The notes under the pieces: model-generated | Databases searched by the model: none | What the model was told of the DNA's origin: nothing | What the model saw: the letters and a program-made list of their open reading frames with translations, nothing else | Translations under genes and position numbers: made by a program | In this document: positions 55,585 to 59,269 of the stretch, piece after piece | Position numbering within the stretch: position 1 is the first letter of the stretch | Layout: the number at the start of each line of letters is the position of its first letter | IMG/VR virus record: IMGVR_UViG_3300010052_000141 | Location: 1-59,269 of that record | Reading direction: 5' to 3' (one strand) | DNA: 59,269 nt | Source of the DNA: a virus | Lineage: Duplodnaviria; Caudoviricetes

Positions 55585-55683
55585 CCCGGCATTTTAGCCG
55601 CGGGGAGGGCGGAATCCAATATTGTTTCACCTAGCCAGAGAGCCCGCGTAGGCTGTCATCGGTCACCCCGCAGTTCCGGTGCC

Positions 55684-55875
55684 TCACCTAACGTCCTCCG
55701 GTTTGAGGTTTAGTTTTACGCAAAGGCGCAGCAACTTCGCCACCGGCTCAGGCACTGGATACTCTCCCAGCGCGTAACCCTGGGAGGTTCTTTTGCCGAT
55801 CCCCAGCCAAACCCCAGCCCTCTCCTGAGAGAGGTCTAGGGCCTTTATGGCGCCCTTGTATTGGGTCGGGTTCAT
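55684..55875 (-). CDS. Small XRE-type HTH regulator
   Basis: LSQERAGVWLGIGKRTSQGYALGEYPVP. Confidence 0.75.
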   Translation of the reverse strand: MNPTQYKGAIKALDLSQERAGVWLGIGKRTSQGYALGEYPVPEPVAKLLRLCVKLNLKPEDVR

Positions 55876-56063
55876 GCGAACGGTTTCCATGTTCCGGGCC
55901 CGAAGCCCAGAAGTTTTTCAACACGCCGGAACTGCTCAATCATCTCATTTCGCTTTTCGAGCAGATAGCTATTCTCGTTGACGCCGTTAATCCTCGATAT
56001 CGCTGACTGCATACCGCGCATCAGTTCCTCGCGAGCATCTTCCTTCAATGCCGATCGCCGCAT
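55872..56063 (-). CDS. Hypothetical protein
   Basis: ATGA overlap with the HTH gene. Confidence 0.55.
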   Translation of the reverse strand: MRRSALKEDAREELMRGMQSAISRINGVNENSYLLEKRNEMIEQFRRVEKLLGFGPGTWKPFA

Positions 56064-56067
56064 GGCC

Positions 56068-56220
56068 TCACCCTCCCTTCTTCGGGAGGGGAGGGAGGTT
56101 GAGTTCCTTGAGAGTTTCTTCGGAGGGCCGGCATTTGGTGAGGGAGACTGTGATCCCGGCGTAATTGCCGTCGATGTGGAGGTGGGCTTGGGTCCGCGCG
56201 ATCTGCCATTCCTTGGTCAT
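56068..56220 (-). CDS. 50 aa hypothetical protein (not in ORF track)
   Basis: GGAG before MTKEWQIART. Confidence 0.45.
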   Translation of the reverse strand: MTKEWQIARTQAHLHIDGNYAGITVSLTKCRPSEETLKELNLPPLPKKGG

Positions 56221-56243
56221 TGGCTTGCTCCGTTCTGATGAAG

Positions 56244-56283
56244 CGATAATACGCCAATCTTGCGTATACGCAATACCCGCGTA
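56244..56283 (-). promoter_or_regulatory. Promoter with tandem TACGC-N7-GCGTA operators
   Basis: Sites at 56250-56266 and 56267-56283; TTGCGT-N16-TATTAT on the minus strand. Confidence 0.6.
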
Positions 56284-56351
56284 ATCACGTATTGTTACAA
56301 TCCCATAAAAGGTCTCTGATCACCAGTCGTGACGGCTCTCATTCTCAGGTG

Positions 56352-56489
56352 TTATTGGTCCAATCCCTCGACCGGATATTCAAACGCAACCCCTTCTGGA
56401 TCGTTCTTCTCGAACCACTCCTGAGCGTCTTCCTTTGTGGCGAAGACCTTTAGATCGTCGCCTTGATCGTAAATCCAGACGGTTTTCAT
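56352..56489 (-). CDS. 45 aa hypothetical protein (not in ORF track)
   Basis: MKTVWIYDQGDDLKVFATKEDAQEWFEKNDPEGVAFEYPVEGLDQ. Confidence 0.55.
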   Translation of the reverse strand: MKTVWIYDQGDDLKVFATKEDAQEWFEKNDPEGVAFEYPVEGLDQ

Positions 56490-56633
56490 CGGCGCGCTAC
56501 GGTTGGAGGTAGGCATTTGCCATCAGCAAGCCGCCGTAAACCATCACCCCGCCGCCGGAAAGAAAGATAGCCAAGCCGAACCACCATTCCGGTACGTAAA
56601 TCATCGATATCTCCCTCTCATTGGCCAGCAGCG

Positions 56634-57248
56634 CTAGGCCCCTCGAATGCCCTTCTCGGCAAGCCAGCGGGCGGTTTCCTCAGCCGTCATCCTGCGCGCC
56701 ACGCGCGATTTTAGCTGCTTCTCTACGGTGTCCTTGTATTCTGGCAGCAGCGTGGCTCCGCGGGGCAAGGAGAGGGCATTTAGGGCGCACCAGGCAACGC
56801 CGCGAGCCTTCTTGGCAGCCTGCTCGTCCTTCCATTTCATCCACAAATTGTAATAAGCCGACTCCTTCGGATACCAAGATTGTTTGGTGAAGACGGGTGG
56901 CATTTCGGCCTTCTTGATCGTCTTCACCTTCCGCCGGTGCCGCATGTCGTACTTCCCGATCGGCGGGAAACCAAGCGACGCTCGATGATTGTTTTCAGCC
57001 CATAGAGCGCCCTCTTCGTTGTTGCAGGAGCGATGTGCCAGACGGACGTTACCGGCCTTGTTGGGGCCATTTTCACGCCGAGGCACAAGATGCTCAATGG
57101 AAGCGGCGTTTGGATTGCGACCGGCGTCGCGATGATACGGCTCCATTTCACTGCCGCAGATGCAGCACTTCCCGCCCTGCTGATCCCACCAATAGGCGAC
57201 GACCCGCAGCTTCTCCTCTCGCGTCATCCATTCAAATTCCATGTCCAT
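56634..57248 (-). CDS. HNH endonuclease domain protein
   Basis: CCICG...SIEHLVP...NVRLAHRSCN. Confidence 0.85.
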   Translation of the reverse strand: MDMEFEWMTREEKLRVVAYWWDQQGGKCCICGSEMEPYHRDAGRNPNAASIEHLVPRRENGPNKAGNVRLAHRSCNNEEGALWAENNHRASLGFPPIGKYDMRHRRKVKTIKKAEMPPVFTKQSWYPKESAYYNLWMKWKDEQAAKKARGVAWCALNALSLPRGATLLPEYKDTVEKQLKSRVARRMTAEETARWLAEKGIRGA

Positions 57249-57272
57249 CGGTAGGGGTCTCGCGACGTTCGC

Positions 57273-57461
57273 TTAACTGCTCTGGACTGGCCCGACAAAG
57301 ACAAAGCCGCCGGCAATGAAGAGGCCAACCTGTTCGCCAGCTTCGTTCCGCCGTTTCATTTCCCTTAGGGCCAAAGCAGTAGCGCAGCTCTGGCCCATAA
57401 TCTTTACCAGCCGTTCGGCTTGATCAATGGGGTAGGGTGAGGCTTCTAGTTTCTTCGCCAT
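57273..57461 (-). CDS. Hypothetical protein
   Basis: Operon packing. Confidence 0.45.
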   Translation of the reverse strand: MAKKLEASPYPIDQAERLVKIMGQSCATALALREMKRRNEAGEQVGLFIAGGFVFVGPVQSS

Positions 57462-57482
57462 GCTGCTGCCTGTTTACCACCA

Positions 57483-57767
57483 CTAGACCCGGACAGCTTG
57501 CCGCAGCAAGGACGGGCCAACCTTTGCGATCGGCGCAAACCGTTCCGACTGATAGGACCATTCCCGTTCCTCGCCGTCCGCCCATACGATGGACGGGTTG
57601 AGAAGCTCTTCCAGGCGCACGCCGTAGCCATCGACGTGAGGCTCTGTGTGGATTGATCTGATCGTGTAGACGCGCCTGTGTTCGAGTCGGAGGGGCATCA
57701 CGTCCCCGCAGTCGTTGCGCATCGGGGCGGCGTCAACGCAAACAACTTTCTGTCCTACCTTAAACAT
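57483..57767 (-). CDS. Hypothetical phage protein
   Basis: MFKVGQKVVCVD...VYTIR...ERFAP; GGAGG ribosome site. Confidence 0.65.
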   Translation of the reverse strand: MFKVGQKVVCVDAAPMRNDCGDVMPLRLEHRRVYTIRSIHTEPHVDGYGVRLEELLNPSIVWADGEEREWSYQSERFAPIAKVGPSLLRQAVRV

Positions 57768-57788
57768 CGTTTCCTCCCTGCCTGCTCA

Positions 57789-58145
57789 TCACCGCGAGAC
57801 TGGGGCGGCGTTGTCGGCCAGCACGTCGGCATCGAGCGCCATCGGCCGGTAAATGTGCTGCTCCACAAAGAGGGGCGTGCCAATATCGATTGTCACGTTC
57901 GGGGCAGTCTCAATGATATTCAGGCTACCGACCTGATTGTTGTTGACCAATTTTGCGATCGGCTCAACGGAAGGAAACGTCTCGACTAGGGCGATGCGCT
58001 GATCCAATTGATCAAGCTCTTCGTCAAAATCAATCGTGAACTTTCGCGATGGCTGGCCGTCCTGTGGCGCAAACTTGTTAAAGAAGTCGGATCGCTGCTT
58101 GCGGAAGTGAGCGACTAAGGCAGTGCGCGAGATAAGATCGGTCAT
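57789..58145 (-). CDS. Hypothetical phage protein
   Basis: GGAGG before MTDLISR. Confidence 0.6.
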   Translation of the reverse strand: MTDLISRTALVAHFRKQRSDFFNKFAPQDGQPSRKFTIDFDEELDQLDQRIALVETFPSVEPIAKLVNNNQVGSLNIIETAPNVTIDIGTPLFVEQHIYRPMALDADVLADNAAPVSR

Positions 58146-58322
58146 CGAGTCCTCCAAGGGATAAGAAACATCAGGATTGGCCACGCGAACAGCGAGACCA
58201 GATTAAAGAGCCATACACGGCCCCATATTGCTAATCGTGGCCGGATGAACATGGCGGTAATCGGCGGCACAAAATAAAGTAGCCAAAGTGCGCTTGTCAT
58301 GCCTCAGTCCCTCGATGTTCGG

Positions 58323-58538
58323 TCAGGATCGTTTGCGCCAAAGCACGCGAGCTTTCGGCACGTCTCCGTAGACTGTCCAGCCAATCCAGAAGGACAGCGG
58401 CCCAACAAAACCACTAAGGGCGGAAGTCAACAGATATTCGGATGTGTAGTCGTACTTGTTGAGCACCCAATAGACATGGCCCGCCACGCCAACCGCGTAC
58501 CAGATCGTCACTCCAAGCCAGATCCATCCGTCACTCAC
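58323..58538 (-). CDS. Small membrane protein
   Basis: Two hydrophobic segments. Confidence 0.5.
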   Translation of the reverse strand: MSDGWIWLGVTIWYAVGVAGHVYWVLNKYDYTSEYLLTSALSGFVGPLSFWIGWTVYGDVPKARVLWRKRS

Positions 58539-58687
58539 GCCGTATCTCCTTGGTTGCCATTCGTTTTCTTGAAGGTCTTGGGATAGCTATATCCAGCCAG
58601 CGCAGCGAACGGCATCGCAACTGCCATGGAGACCAAGTACACCGCCAGCCAGAAATGCCGCATGTCATACGTCTCCATTCGATATCG

Positions 58688-58924
58688 TCATGGCCTTCGG
58701 CCCTTTGCCTTTTCGTGATCGTCCAGGGCTCGCTTCACGTCCCGCCACGGCAATACGATCGTATTTCTCTGCTGGCCGCAGTTCTTACAGCCATCAGCGC
58801 AGACCAGAACGCCTTCCTTCTGAGTGTAAAACCAAGCCTTGCCGCTTCCCCATTCCAGCGAGGTTGCGTCGCAAGGGTGCCCGGATTCGTCAAACTGGCG
58901 CTTTGCCATGGTGGCTGTTTCCAT
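58688..58924 (-). CDS. Hypothetical protein
   Basis: AGGA ribosome site. Confidence 0.5.
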   Translation of the reverse strand: METATMAKRQFDESGHPCDATSLEWGSGKAWFYTQKEGVLVCADGCKNCGQQRNTIVLPWRDVKRALDDHEKAKGRRP

Positions 58925-58933
58925 TCCTACTGA

Positions 58934-59269
58934 TCACCGGCGGTGCTTAACGTCGCCGGATATGGTTGAAACGCTGCCTGCGATCGAGCCGCCGCAATCG
59001 ACATCTCCTGACATCGTTTGAACCGACCCGCCAATAGCCCCACCTACGTCCACGTCGCCGCTTTGGGTTATGACGCTCTCTACGTCGCCCGTAACGGTGA
59101 CGGTATTGCAGGCGTCAACGTCCAGTCTTTCGACGTTGCCGGACACCTCGATCCGGATATCCTTCGCGTCCGGCGTCACATCCTTACCGTCCACAAAGAC
59201 ACGGTTATTGTTGACCGTGATATTCCGGCCAGCGGTGATCGTGACACCGTTAATTCTGATGGTATTCAT
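58934..59269 (-). CDS. Small beta-solenoid-like protein (SGDV repeats)
   Basis: Repeats of T.SGDV...G...GSV. Confidence 0.65.
   Translation of the reverse strand: MNTIRINGVTITAGRNITVNNNRVFVDGKDVTPDAKDIRIEVSGNVERLDVDACNTVTVTGDVESVITQSGDVDVGGAIGGSVQTMSGDVDCGGSIAGSVSTISGDVKHRR

Larger units (their letters stand above)
1..59269. mobile_element. Temperate phage/prophage with P22-like podovirus architecture, probable alphaproteobacterial host
   Basis: Integrase, cI/cro, recombination, replication, terminase, portal, capsid, gp10-like, ejection, tail and lysis genes in lambdoid order. No tape-measure or sheath gene seen. No att sites identified inside the window. Confidence 0.93.

Overview
The window looks like one near-complete temperate phage or prophage with P22-like (short-tail) virion genes. 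The GcrA-, GapR- and CtrA-like genes point to an alphaproteobacterial host, probably Rhizobiales. Gene order: integrase/xis and a leftward early operon (DNA methylase, RSH-type HD hydrolase, YqaJ exonuclease, ERF annealase); cI/cro switch with matched operators; rightward early genes rich in cell-cycle-regulator-like domains; replication initiator; terminase; a 3 kb insert with a tRNA-Gln; portal, scaffold, capsid, gp4/gp10-like and ejection genes; an immI-position accessory island; tail genes; lysis genes; signal-peptide-bearing late genes; morons; and a second leftward block (ATP-dependent ligase, HNH). The standout is at 38.0-39.6 kb: a RAMP/Cas7-like gene and a partner gene, each followed by a non-coding array of 5-nt GGY-NN units cut into guide-sized blocks by a GGCAGGC-like spacer. 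Read as NNx NNx, the variable dinucleotides of all four blocks match codon positions 1+2 of four sites in three virion-module genes of this phage, each with a few amino-acid-changing mismatches. This suggests an RNA-guided system with a gapped, wobble-skipping code aimed at related competing phages. It resembles my unverified recollection of recently described VIPR systems. All family calls come from motif recognition by eye; no database search was run.
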